Source of the DNA: Pyrinomonadaceae bacterium
Lineage (GTDB): Bacteria > Acidobacteriota > Blastocatellia > Pyrinomonadales > Pyrinomonadaceae
Direction: 5' to 3'
Length of the DNA: 64,000 nucleotides
Assembly (NCBI GenBank): GCA_046313635.1
Contig: JBKBYA010000002.1
Coordinates: 384,001-448,000 of the forward strand
Shown: one piece after another, positions 10,601-19,237 of the stretch
Position numbering within the stretch: the first letter of the stretch is position 1
Layout: each line of letters begins with the position of its first letter
Notes under the pieces: generated by a model
Databases searched by the model: none
What the model saw: the letters and a program-made list of their open reading frames with translations, nothing else
Told to the model about the DNA's origin: nothing
Position numbers and translations under genes: made by a program

Positions 10601-11322
10601 GCTTCGGGTATCAGGTCGGCTACACGTGGTCGGTCTCTAAAGACACGCGTTCATTCGACCCCACATTCACTATCGTGTCGAGAGCGAACGCCCAATCCGC
10701 GTCAAGCACGCCCTTCGACATCAACAATCGAGACCTCAACTATGCGTGGTCCGATTTCGATCGTCGTCACGTGCTTGTCGGGACGTACGTCTTCGAACTG
10801 CCTTTCGGCCGCGGCCGCAAATTCGCGTCCGACGTTCCGAAAGCTCTCGATTGGATCATCGGCGGCTGGCAGATCGCCGGTACTTACCTCTGGGGTTCGG
10901 GGCGGCCGTTCACGGTCTACTCGGGTCTCAATACTTTCAGCAACGTCAATCAATCGTTCGCTAACTGCAGCAGCTGTCCGCGCGATCTGGGCAGGCTGGT
11001 GGAACGCAACGGCGTCTGGTACTGGTTCTCAGAAGCAGATCAGGCGAAGTTCAGCCAGCCGGCTCCGGGCGAGCTCGGCAATACGGGCCGCAACTACTTC
11101 ATCGGTCCGCGATCGTTCCAGACCGACATGTCGCTCTCGAAAAAATTCCGCTTTACCGAAAGCATGAATTTGGAGCTCCGTGTGGACGCCAAAAACCTGA
11201 CTAACAACGCTTCGTTCGGGCTGCCGACGGCGACCTTTAACTCGACGGTCTTTGGCCGGATCAGGGACAGCGTGACGAGTTTTGCACGACGCGTGCAGAT
11301 CTCGGGCAAGTTCAACTTCTGA
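7603..11322 (+). CDS. TonB-dependent receptor, Oar/acidobacterial type, with carboxypeptidase-regulatory-like N-domain
   Basis: GGAGGA RBS at 7591; VTGTVTDTSGAAVAGV N-domain; plug NFTLDG...QEFQI...ELGRSSGAQV; terminal KFNF; start could be 7597/7600/7603. Confidence 0.92.
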   Translation: MSKRPLAFASAVIALMCLLAVSSFAQGTTSRVTGTVTDTSGAAVAGVTVSLTREGVATPLTTQTGDDGLFVFDLVQPGTYTLTFEKAGFKKLVSSNNQVLVNQPATINAALEVGSVEAVVNVESTAEQVQTGTSGNVGSTIEQRSLEALPIVGLRGRNPLDLLNYQPGVVVGANTGGGVHVNGSRDRAFNFTLDGIDINESTAGGSNFTPLRPNPDSVQEFQIVTSNATAELGRSSGAQVTFVTRSGTNEYHGNIFEYYQTPDFNANEWESNLNGIRRRQFVQHIYGFSLGGPVPTLGFGEGTPFFKPLRDKAFFFINYQRLYATESRLVQRTVYTDLARQGIFRYVVGQRNSPAGSGATASVDAAGNPLYPACSSTVTTNCIRTYDARTGPISFDPLVSGIIRSYPLPNDFSRGDGLNIAGYNFNAPQLEKQWDLVMRFDYAINSKNHVYFRYAEGEQNTIGDSANGGLQAFPGFPNLVDTFRRPKNYALNYRWSPTAKFTNEAIFGLSRFRFKFATPEVHPEVPFVLNTINDAYTNFAYNARAARTFQFVDNVTMDFSPHIIKAGINFRFGRQFDDRSSAGGSIEPAVGFGAGSSDFSAWALPTAGSTSINSTDLTNLRSLINNMIGRIGSYSQGFVVDPRNPNAWAPAGTRWNWYAYYPEYDFYVQDTWRLKPNFVLDLGLRYEVKLSPSSKDLPILRANQNFVIGAPPSNTLRWEEGKIFPNDFNNFGPSVGFAWDPFKNGKTSIRANYRLSYDRFPSQVFANSIFQSAPGNTFSASASGIAQQNLLLRNGLPNLFPSQTPDQLRQPPAFSTSSITVVAPDTQYPEIHQWFAGIQREIWGGNVVEVDYIGKKGLHLFGGYDANQVNIFASDPRCPGQTFLDAFILARNDTSSSPCLINLLFTGSPTNTAGTTTFRGIAAIQSTLALTNTGGSVATAAQVVSQRTSGTSQMIATTIGNPFFFQKYPQFTGALNVLDSNDYSFYNGLEFIIKRRMKNGFGYQVGYTWSVSKDTRSFDPTFTIVSRANAQSASSTPFDINNRDLNYAWSDFDRRHVLVGTYVFELPFGRGRKFASDVPKALDWIIGGWQIAGTYLWGSGRPFTVYSGLNTFSNVNQSFANCSSCPRDLGRLVERNGVWYWFSEADQAKFSQPAPGELGNTGRNYFIGPRSFQTDMSLSKKFRFTESMNLELRVDAKNLTNNASFGLPTATFNSTVFGRIRDSVTSFARRVQISGKFNF

Positions 11323-11345
11323 TCTGAACTGCAAAACTGAACGAT

Positions 11346-11383
11346 GATGCCCGGCCGATAGATTTGGCCGGGCATCTCTTTTT
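11346..11383 (+). terminator. Intrinsic terminator of the TBDR gene
   Basis: GATGCCCGGCC/GGCCGGGCATC stem followed by TCTTTTT. Confidence 0.85.
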
Positions 11384-11487
11384 GCGTTCAGGCAACGGCG
11401 ATCGCGGCCTGTTCATCTATTGGAACGGATAGAGAGTTGCCTCGCATGGTGCGAGTGAGATCTTTCTGATTCCTCCTGTTTCGTACT

Positions 11488-11524
11488 AGCCCGTCGAGCT
11501 TTGTTCACTCGGCGGGCTTTTTTT
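11488..11524 (+). terminator. Second plus-strand intrinsic terminator
   Basis: AGCCCGTCGAG/CTCGGCGGGCT stem followed by a T run; overlaps the ctpA stop on the opposite strand. Confidence 0.65.
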
Positions 11525-13301
11525 GTGAGCTTGCGACCTTTGATCTGACCTGCCGACGGATGCGTCGTCCGTCCCTGCGGGCCTTTTCGGCGAGGGCCGC
11601 CAGTTCGCCGGCTCTCGGCAGCACCGCAAGGGCGCGCAGGACCTGCGGGTCGGTGGCCGCGAGCAGCCGGTCGGCGGCCTCGGGGCCGAGCAATGCGAGG
11701 GAAAGATCGTGCGAGAGCCGCTCGATCACAAACTCCTTGTTTGACCGTGCGCTTGCGGGCGGGACGCCGGGGAAAGCCGCTGTCAGATAACTCTCAAACT
11801 TTTCAAATAACCCTTCGGCCTCGGCCCGGATCGTGTCTGCGGCAGGGGCCGGGCCGGCGCCTGATTGTGCCTGCCGGGCCAGCGTGTCGCGCACGAAAGC
11901 GAAGATCGGATCGATGAGTCGCAGCTGCGCCGCGGTCAGAGCCGGCGGAGCGACGGCTTCGTCCGGCGTGATCCCGTCGCCGCCGAAGAGCCGGCGATTT
12001 GTGAGGCTCCGCGTCTCCTGCCGGACGCTGCGGTCCGATACCTCGTCGCGCTTGTAGTAGTCGTAAAGCCCCGACGTCGAGTAATCGCGCTGGATCGAAC
12101 GTCCAGACGGCGTGTAGTATCGTGCGGTCGTCAACGTCAGGCCGCTCTTTTCGGGCAGATCGAATACGCTCTGGACGAGCCCTTTCCCAAACGTTCGCTG
12201 GCCCACGATCAAAGCACGATCGTTGTCCTGCAGTGCTCCGGCGACGACCTCCGATGCCGACGCGCTCCCTTCGTTGACCAGCACGACCAGCGGCACCGTC
12301 TCGGGCGACCGCGACGCCGACCTCCAGACGCGGTTGTCGAATGGATGGCGTCCGCGTTGGGTGACGACGACCGAGCCCGCGGGCAGAAACTTTTCGGCGA
12401 TCTTGATCGACTCCTCGAGAATGCCGCCGTGATTGTCGCGCAGGTCGATGATCAGCCCCCGCAGACCTTGCCTTTTGAGATCGTCGAGCGCCTTTGAGAA
12501 CTCTCCTGACGTGAGATAGTCAAAACCGCCCGACAGCTCGATATAGCCGACGCCGGTACGCAGCATATAGGCGTCTGCGACCGAATGCTGTTCGACATTT
12601 GCGCGGCGGAGCTCGACCGGAACGGGCCTGCTGAACCCGATCCGCTCGATAACGAGCCGGAGCCGCGACCCCTGTCGGCCGCGCACCTTCTCTCGTACCT
12701 CGTCCGACGTCCGCCCCGACATCGCCTCGCCGTCGACGCTGACTATGCGATCGCCGAAACGCAGCCCGGCCATTCGAGCCGGCGAGCCCGGGACCGTCGC
12801 GAGAATGTACGTCTCGAGCGTACCGTCGCGCTCGTAGCTCGCGATCGTCGCTCCGATGCCCGAATAGAGCCCGTCCTCCTCGGCGAGCAGGTCGGCATAC
12901 TCTTTTTCGTCAAAATACGACGAGTGCGGATCGAGCGCTTCGAGAGAGCCCTGGATCGCCGATCGCATCGCGGCGGCAAGGTCGGGGCGGCCGCCGTAGT
13001 TGTCGGCAATGATGCGCAGGGCGTCGGCAAGCTCGTCTGTGAGCCGCTTTCTGGCCGCGGAACGCTGTTCGTCGGCGGACGACTTATGGGTCCCGCGGCC
13101 GCGGCCGTCGTTTGGCCGCTGCCGTCGCGAGGCAGAGAACGTTTGTCCCGCTGAAAGCGAAAAGTCGGACGCCGAGGTCGCCGCGGACGCTCCCACGCCA
13201 ACCGGAGCGGACGATGTTTGCGCGAGGTTGCCGGCCGCCGAGGCCGCCGCCAATATCGAGGTCGCGATTATCAGGCTGGCCCGCTTTCTCAAGTAACTCA
13301 C
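11505..13301 (-). CDS. ctpA: S41 family carboxy-terminal processing protease (PDZ + peptidase)
   Basis: LDPHS, GIG PDZ, DLRDNHGG, SASASEVVAGALQD, FGKGLVQ, TTARYYTPSGRSIQ. Confidence 0.9.
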   Translation of the reverse strand: MSYLRKRASLIIATSILAAASAAGNLAQTSSAPVGVGASAATSASDFSLSAGQTFSASRRQRPNDGRGRGTHKSSADEQRSAARKRLTDELADALRIIADNYGGRPDLAAAMRSAIQGSLEALDPHSSYFDEKEYADLLAEEDGLYSGIGATIASYERDGTLETYILATVPGSPARMAGLRFGDRIVSVDGEAMSGRTSDEVREKVRGRQGSRLRLVIERIGFSRPVPVELRRANVEQHSVADAYMLRTGVGYIELSGGFDYLTSGEFSKALDDLKRQGLRGLIIDLRDNHGGILEESIKIAEKFLPAGSVVVTQRGRHPFDNRVWRSASRSPETVPLVVLVNEGSASASEVVAGALQDNDRALIVGQRTFGKGLVQSVFDLPEKSGLTLTTARYYTPSGRSIQRDYSTSGLYDYYKRDEVSDRSVRQETRSLTNRRLFGGDGITPDEAVAPPALTAAQLRLIDPIFAFVRDTLARQAQSGAGPAPAADTIRAEAEGLFEKFESYLTAAFPGVPPASARSNKEFVIERLSHDLSLALLGPEAADRLLAATDPQVLRALAVLPRAGELAALAEKARRDGRRIRRQVRSKVASSQKKPAE

Positions 13302-13495
13302 GCGAGCGATGTTATCTAATCGCGGAGCGGCAGCGCAACGTTCGGATCACGATTACCGCCCTCGCCTGAAAAGGCTTTGATTTCCGCAGGTCAAAATGTT
13401 TTGATAAATCACACATGGTCATCCAGCCGCCGCGCTGCCGCATCGGCCGCCGCCCTATGCGGCCCTGGCCGGTGCTCCCTGATCGAACAAGAGCT

Positions 13496-14773
13496 ATGTC
13501 GGAAACATTTGACCTTAAGCCTCTCGAAATAGAACAGTACACGCTCTCAAACGGCCTGCGGGTCGTGCTCAACCGCGACGCCGCGGTCCCGGTCGTCGCC
13601 GTGGCTGTGTATTACGACGTCGGCTCGCGTAACGAGCGCGAGGGGCGGACGGGGTTTGCTCACCTCTTCGAACACATGATGTTCCAAGGGTCCGAGAACG
13701 TGCCGAAGGCCGGCCACTTTCAATACATCATGAAGGCCGGCGGCACGATGAACGGCACCACGTCGAGCGAGCGCACCAATTACTACGAGACCCTGCCGGC
13801 CGATCAACTGCCGCTAGCGCTGTGGCTCGAGTCCGACCGCATGCGTTCGCTCGCCGTCACGCAGGAGAATCTCGACAACCAGCGCGAGGCCGTCAAAGAA
13901 GAGAAGCGGCTCCGCTACGACAATCAGCCTTACGGCCAGATCTTTGATCTGCTCGGGTCGATGATCTATAAGAACTTTGCCAACGCACATTCGACCATCG
14001 GCTCGATGGAAGACCTCGACCAGGCGACGGTCGAGGACGTTCAAGAGTTCTTTCGCATCTATTACGCACCGAATAATGCCGTACTCGTGATCTCGGGGGC
14101 CTTTGAGATCGACGAGGCCAAACGACTGGTCGAGACCTATTTCGGCGATATCCCGCCGCAGCCGCTGCCGCCCCCGATCGACGTCACGGAGCCGCCCGAG
14201 GTGGCCGAGCAGTATCGCTGCTGGGAAGACCCGCTCGCACCGCTGCCGGCATTTTTGATCGGCTGGAAGGTCCCGCCGCGTCGCTCTGCCGAGTTCAACG
14301 CGCTCTATCTCGCCGGAAAGATACTCTACGACGGCGACAGTTCGCGGCTCTACCAAAGGCTTGTGAAGGGCGACGAATCGGTGATACAGCTTTTCGGCTT
14401 TACCGACGAGCGGCGAGGTCCGTCGAGCATTTTTATCGGGGCGATCCCAAAGCCCGAGCAGGACCTGAGCAGGATCCGCGATGTGATAATGAGCGAGATC
14501 CGCGATCTCGCGACCAACGGGCCGACGGCCGCCGAGATGGAAAAGGTCGGAAATCAACTCGTGAACGACGTCGTACGAATGCGCCAGTCGTCGATGAACC
14601 GGGCACAGCACATCGCCGAGTTCGCTCTCTACGACGGCGACCCGACGCTCATCAACAGCGAACTCGACGAGCTGCTCGCCGTCACGCCGGACCAGATCCG
14701 CGAAGCCGTCGCAAAGTATCTCAACACCGAGAACCGCGCTCTGCTCGACGTCGTTCCCGCGGGTAAAGGCTGA
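13496..14773 (+). CDS. M16B zinc peptidase, catalytic subunit
   Basis: HLFEH (HxxEH) motif, NGTTS, ESDRM. Confidence 0.92.
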   Translation: MSETFDLKPLEIEQYTLSNGLRVVLNRDAAVPVVAVAVYYDVGSRNEREGRTGFAHLFEHMMFQGSENVPKAGHFQYIMKAGGTMNGTTSSERTNYYETLPADQLPLALWLESDRMRSLAVTQENLDNQREAVKEEKRLRYDNQPYGQIFDLLGSMIYKNFANAHSTIGSMEDLDQATVEDVQEFFRIYYAPNNAVLVISGAFEIDEAKRLVETYFGDIPPQPLPPPIDVTEPPEVAEQYRCWEDPLAPLPAFLIGWKVPPRRSAEFNALYLAGKILYDGDSSRLYQRLVKGDESVIQLFGFTDERRGPSSIFIGAIPKPEQDLSRIRDVIMSEIRDLATNGPTAAEMEKVGNQLVNDVVRMRQSSMNRAQHIAEFALYDGDPTLINSELDELLAVTPDQIREAVAKYLNTENRALLDVVPAGKG

Positions 14774-14775
14774 GA

Positions 14776-14817
14776 GCGAATTGAGAGTTGAGAATTGAAA
14801 ATCGAGAGACGAGAGAG
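14776..14817. repeat. Degenerate heptamer tandem repeat (GAGARTT-like x6)
   Basis: gcgaatt gagagtt gagaatt gaaaatc gagagac gagagag. Confidence 0.7.
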
Positions 14818-14950
14818 CCCTATGCTTTTTAAAGAAAGGTCCTGAGCATTCGCGCTGCGGGTCGTGGGATCTTTTCAGCATCTCGATCGAAGCGGTGACG
14901 GTACATCGTTCGCATCTTTCATTTCGCCTTTCGTACGAAGACTTAAGATT

Positions 14951-16648
14951 ATGACCGCAACACGACAATCTCCTCCCCAGCCGCTCGCCCCCGTTTCGTT
15001 CCATCTCCCGGAGCCATTCGAGACGAAGCTCGATAACGGTCTGAGGATCGTTATTTTTGAGGACAAACGTCTGCCGCTGGTGAGCTTCAGGCTTGCTTTT
15101 TTCTCCGGCGACGCGGACGATCCGGCCGAGGTCTCGGGACTCACGTCGGCAATGGCGTCGCTGCTGAACGAAGGCACGCTCAACCGTACGAGCAAGCAGC
15201 TCGCCGAGGAGGTCGAGCGGCTCGGAGCTAACCTCTCGGCGCACGCCTCCGATGATTTTACGATCGTCGCGGCCTCGTCGCTCTCGCTCTACAGCTCTGC
15301 GATCCTTGAGCTGATGGCCGAGGTCACGCTGCGGCCGGTCTTTCCGGAGAACGAGCTCGACCTATACAAGCGCAATACGATCGAGAACCTGAAGTTCCAG
15401 CGCTCGCAGCCCAACTTCCTGGCAAACGAGCAGGCGTCGCGGCTGCTGTTTGGCGAGCATCCCTACTCGCGAGTCGCGCCCCGGCCCGAGCACGTCGAGC
15501 GGTTTACGCGCGAGGCCCTTTTGGCACTGCATGCGAAGGTCATGGCACCGAACAACGCCGTCTTTGTCGTGGTCGGAGATGTCGAGCGCGATGCCTTTCT
15601 AGGCGAGGTCAACGATCTCTTTGGCGGATGGAAGGCCGGCGACTACAAGGCCCCGGAGTTTCCGGACTTTCCAAAGCGGGCGGGCCGCACGCTCACGATC
15701 GTCGACCGCCCCGGTTCGGCGCAGACCAATATCGTCATCGGCAACCTCGGCATCGCGCGTTCCGACCCGGACTATTTTCCCGTCATAGTGATGAATCAGG
15801 TGCTCGGGGCCGGAGCTTCGTCGCGCGTCTTCATGAACCTTCGCGAAGAGAAGGGCTACACCTACGGAGCCTACACGCGTTTTGACACGCGGCGGCTTGG
15901 CGGCAGCTTCGAGGCGACGGCCGAGGTGAGGACGGCCGTCACCGGCGACTCGCTCAAGGAGCTTTTTTACGAGCTCGAGCGCATCCGCAGCGAGCGTGTC
16001 TCTGACGAAGAGCTGCGCGACGCCAAGAATTTTTTGACCGGCGTATTCCCGATCCGCGCAGAGACGCAGGAAGGGCTGACCAACCTGATCGTCAACCAGC
16101 AGCTTTACGATCTGCCCGCCGACTACCTGCAGACGTATCGCGAGCACATCGAAAAGGTGTCGGCCGACGACGTCCTCGCCGCGGCGCAAAAATACGTGAG
16201 GCCTGCCGAGGCGGCGATCGTGCTCGTCGGCGACGCGGCCGAGATATTGCCGCAGGCCGCGAGCTACTCGGAGGCCGTCGAGATATTTGATACCGACGGC
16301 CGGCCGCGCGAACTATCGAATTATGTCGGTTCCGACCGATCGCCCGCCGCTGATGTGGCCGGCGAATGGAAGCTCGAGATCGACTTTCAGGGGCAGAGCA
16401 TTCCGGTCGCGCTCAAGCTCGAGTCGGACGGCGATCGTTTGCACGGTTCGATCTCGACGATGCTCGGCGACGGCCGCATCGAGGAAGCGAAGGTACGCGG
16501 AAATCGGCTGTCGGCGACCGCGATCGCCGAGTTTCAAGGGCAGCCGCTTGAGCTCGCGATCAGCGCGTCCGTCGACGGCGAGACGATGAAGGGGACGATC
16601 ACCGCGCCGATCAGCCCGGAGCCGCTCAGCTTTTCGGGTTCGCGGTGA
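14951..16648 (+). CDS. M16B peptidase, non-catalytic partner subunit with extra C-terminal beta domain
   Basis: No HxxEH; SSRVFMNLREEKGYTY motif; about 100-aa extension starting VAGEWKLEIDFQG. Confidence 0.88.
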   Translation: MTATRQSPPQPLAPVSFHLPEPFETKLDNGLRIVIFEDKRLPLVSFRLAFFSGDADDPAEVSGLTSAMASLLNEGTLNRTSKQLAEEVERLGANLSAHASDDFTIVAASSLSLYSSAILELMAEVTLRPVFPENELDLYKRNTIENLKFQRSQPNFLANEQASRLLFGEHPYSRVAPRPEHVERFTREALLALHAKVMAPNNAVFVVVGDVERDAFLGEVNDLFGGWKAGDYKAPEFPDFPKRAGRTLTIVDRPGSAQTNIVIGNLGIARSDPDYFPVIVMNQVLGAGASSRVFMNLREEKGYTYGAYTRFDTRRLGGSFEATAEVRTAVTGDSLKELFYELERIRSERVSDEELRDAKNFLTGVFPIRAETQEGLTNLIVNQQLYDLPADYLQTYREHIEKVSADDVLAAAQKYVRPAEAAIVLVGDAAEILPQAASYSEAVEIFDTDGRPRELSNYVGSDRSPAADVAGEWKLEIDFQGQSIPVALKLESDGDRLHGSISTMLGDGRIEEAKVRGNRLSATAIAEFQGQPLELAISASVDGETMKGTITAPISPEPLSFSGSR

Positions 16649-16784
16649 GATCAAATTAAAAGGCTGGATCTATGAGGGGCTGCCTGAAAAGGCAGTCTCG
16701 TTTTTGTTCGCGGTAGAGCGTCGCCCGCGCGGGACTTGGGCTAGCCGCCGAGAACACGGCGCTCGAACGAGAATCAACCTCTCT

Positions 16785-16942
16785 GGGCTCCGCCCGCCTA
16801 TTTGCGGAAAAGCTCTGCTTTTCCGAGCCGCTCTCCGCCAGCTCTCCGGCGGCGGGGCCGCCGTGGGAGGCGGAGCCTCAATAATGTTTGCGGGCAGCCG
16901 ACGGAAAATCGGAGCTTTTCCGCAAATATATCGGCGGAGCCG
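16785..16942. repeat. REP doublet / REPIN-like palindromic element, copy 1
   Basis: GGCTCCGCC..TATTTGCGGAAAAGCTCTGCTTTTCCG at the left end, inverted counterpart CGGAAAATCGGAGCTTTTCCGCAAATA..GGCGGAGCC at the right; second copy at 23498-23659. Confidence 0.85.
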
Positions 16943-16969
16943 AGAGAGCAAGATCAGCGACGGGGTTTT

Positions 16970-17212
16970 TCAGAGTTGGAGAGAGACGAGGCGTTCCGCG
17001 CGGTTTGCACGGTCGCACATCAGGAGATAAACGCCCTCGTGCCGCTCGCCTTCGTGCGACCAGTCGTACCCGATATCGAGGCACTGCCCGCCGGAGCGAA
17101 GCGTGACGACCAGATCCGAGCGCGATTCAAAAAATGGGTTCGGCGGCAAATATAGCCGGCTGCGGCCGGTCCATTCGCCGGCGAGCTTTGCGAGATCGGG
17201 GTGAACGCTCAT
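16970..17212 (-). pseudogene. Truncated DUF1579-like protein
   Basis: MSVHPDLAKLAGEWTGRSRLYL...YDWSHEGERHEG resembles DUF1579 N-halves; stops after 80 aa just before the REP doublet. Confidence 0.5.
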
Positions 17213-17254
17213 AGACGTTATTGAATTTCGCCGCGAGCGTAGCACGTAACCGCG

Positions 17255-17291
17255 AAAAAAAAAAGACGCCGGTCGAACGGACGGCGTCTTT
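17255..17291 (-). terminator. Intrinsic terminator downstream of the Rad52-like gene
   Basis: Minus strand AAAGACGCCG-loop-CGGCGTCTTTTTTTTTT. Confidence 0.85.
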
Positions 17292-17390
17292 GCTCTTGAG
17301 TTGGAGTTTTGGGCCATGAGTGAGGTGATCGCTGCACCATGGAGAATGCAGGAGACGGGTTCGTCACGGCCCAAAACGTGAATTGAGCTT

Positions 17391-18623
17391 TTAGCTTGCT
17401 CGGCGCAGCGGCGTGCGGTCGGTCTCGGCCGGACGCTGCAGCTCCTGCAGGTGCTTGATGAATTCGGACGCGGCCTTTTTTGATAGCTCGTCCGTACGGC
17501 AGTTCATCACCGACTGGCACTCCTCGTCCGCATTGATCCGCATCTCGCGGGCTATCGCGCGGATCATCCCGAGCTGCTTCGCCGTGACGAGATCGGCGAG
17601 GTTCTTCGCGACCGGATCGGAGGGGAAGTTGGGCTCGTTCTCATCACGCGCCTGCACGCCGCCGTTGCGTTCAATGACGTCTGATTCCTTTTTGTAAAGA
17701 TCACGGGCGATGCCGAATTTGACCGCAGCCCGCTTGAGTGCGTCGTGCTCGGCCTTTTTGATCCCGGGCTCGCTGTTCGCACTGCCGGTGCCGACGCCTT
17801 CGCGGGTCACGCCGTCGATCGTGATCGCCGCCGTCACGGTGATCAGCTCGCCGATCTGGCGAATGTCCTTGACGGTGTGCGACCAGTTTGGGGCCGAGTC
17901 GTCAAGAATGTCGGCGACCGTGTGCCACTCGACGTAGTCGACCATCTGCACGTGCCCGTTGCGGTCGCGCCAGCCCTCGCGCTGCTTGACGAGCTTCGGA
18001 TCGACGTGCCGGCGAAGCTCCTTGAGCGTCTCCGAAAAATCGAGAACGTTAGAGTGCTCTTCGCGCTCGGTCAGCTCGTCCAGCCCCGCGAGATCGGCGC
18101 CTCCCACTTCCTTAAGATCAATGTTCTTCATTGCTTTTGCTCCTTGTGTGTTCCTCGACCTCGTCGCCGTGACCTCGATCGCTGCTTCCGGTCCGTCAGA
18201 AGCCGCATCGGTCTCGTGCGTCTCGGTCTCCTGTTCGCCGCGCTCGGACCCGCCGCGCGACTCAGTAAGGTCGTTAACCTGGGGAAGATGCTTTTCATCG
18301 CCTTTTACCGCTGCGACCTCGGCATCCTTTATGATCGTCTCCCGCTCGGTATTCCGGGCTTGGAGAGCAAACTTCACAGCCATGATGTGCTCGCAGCGAT
18401 AACCAACGGCCCTGCCGAATTCCGAAAACTCTGGACAGTTGCAGACGACACGGTTCGTCTCGTCGCGGCGAACTTCATATGAAACAGACTGCCCACGCAG
18501 GGCGGGCGTCGAAACAAGAAATTTGTCACCTTCACGCACGACGAGTCCCATCGCGGAGATCGCCCTTGCACGCTTTTCGCGTTGCTGCGCCGACTTGTTT
18601 TTGATCTGCTCTTCAACCTTCAT
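17391..18623 (-). CDS. SWIM zinc finger + Rad52/Rad22 (DdrA/Sak-like) single-strand annealing protein
   Basis: SWIM CNC...CEH; Rad52 core YVEWHTVADILD...ITIDGVTREGVG...KKAEHDALKRAAVKFGIARDLY. Confidence 0.85.
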   Translation of the reverse strand: MKVEEQIKNKSAQQREKRARAISAMGLVVREGDKFLVSTPALRGQSVSYEVRRDETNRVVCNCPEFSEFGRAVGYRCEHIMAVKFALQARNTERETIIKDAEVAAVKGDEKHLPQVNDLTESRGGSERGEQETETHETDAASDGPEAAIEVTATRSRNTQGAKAMKNIDLKEVGGADLAGLDELTEREEHSNVLDFSETLKELRRHVDPKLVKQREGWRDRNGHVQMVDYVEWHTVADILDDSAPNWSHTVKDIRQIGELITVTAAITIDGVTREGVGTGSANSEPGIKKAEHDALKRAAVKFGIARDLYKKESDVIERNGGVQARDENEPNFPSDPVAKNLADLVTAKQLGMIRAIAREMRINADEECQSVMNCRTDELSKKAASEFIKHLQELQRPAETDRTPLRRAS

Positions 18624-18649
18624 TGGCTCGGTAAGACAGAGAAATTAGC

Positions 18650-18753
18650 TGTCCCATCTATGAAACATTGTATCAACCGGACCTATTTGTTGCAAGCATG
18701 AAACGAGGTGTTGCATTTAAAATTCGAGCGTGTTATGTTTTATCCGTGAAATG
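18650..18753. promoter_or_regulatory. Three 18-bp operator-like boxes, consensus TGTTTCA-N4-TGAAACA
   Basis: TGTCCCATCTATGAAACA (18650-18667), TGTTGCAAGCATGAAACG (18688-18705), TGTTTTATCCGTGAAATG (18736-18753); extra half-site TGTTGCA at 18709. Confidence 0.7.
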
Positions 18754-18798
18754 CGGGGTCCATCGGTGACACTGCCTTGACGGAGGTGATCGAAAGAC

Positions 18799-19191
18799 AT
18801 GGGATTCAAGAACGAGAGTTTGATAAACACGGTGGAGCTCGGGCGAGCGATCAAACGCCGCCGCGAAGAGCTCGGCCTCAGCCTGCGTGACGTCGCGAAC
18901 GAGACGGGCGTTTCGGCGTCGACGCTTTCGCGGATCGAGAACGGCACGGGCAAGCCCGACGCCGACAACATCGCGCGGCTTACGTCATGGCTCGATATGC
19001 CAGTCGACCGCGTGATGAAAAAGCAGGCGTCGTCCGACGTCGAAGCGGTCGTCTATTATCCGCACGAGGCGACGACCGAGATCGTCGAGGCGCACCTCCG
19101 AGCCGATAAGAATCTGACGCCCGAGATGGCGAAGGCATTGTCCGAGATGTTTCGCGTCGCTTACCAGCAGTTCACCAAGCACGGGAAGTAA
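18799..19191 (+). CDS. XRE-family helix-turn-helix transcriptional regulator
   Basis: IKRRREELGLSLRDVANETGVSASTLSRIENG; GGAGGT RBS. Confidence 0.92.
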   Translation: MGFKNESLINTVELGRAIKRRREELGLSLRDVANETGVSASTLSRIENGTGKPDADNIARLTSWLDMPVDRVMKKQASSDVEAVVYYPHEATTEIVEAHLRADKNLTPEMAKALSEMFRVAYQQFTKHGK

Positions 19192-19237
19192 AGCCGGAAA
19201 GTCGGCGGCGTTCACTCTTTAACCTAAAAGAAAAATT

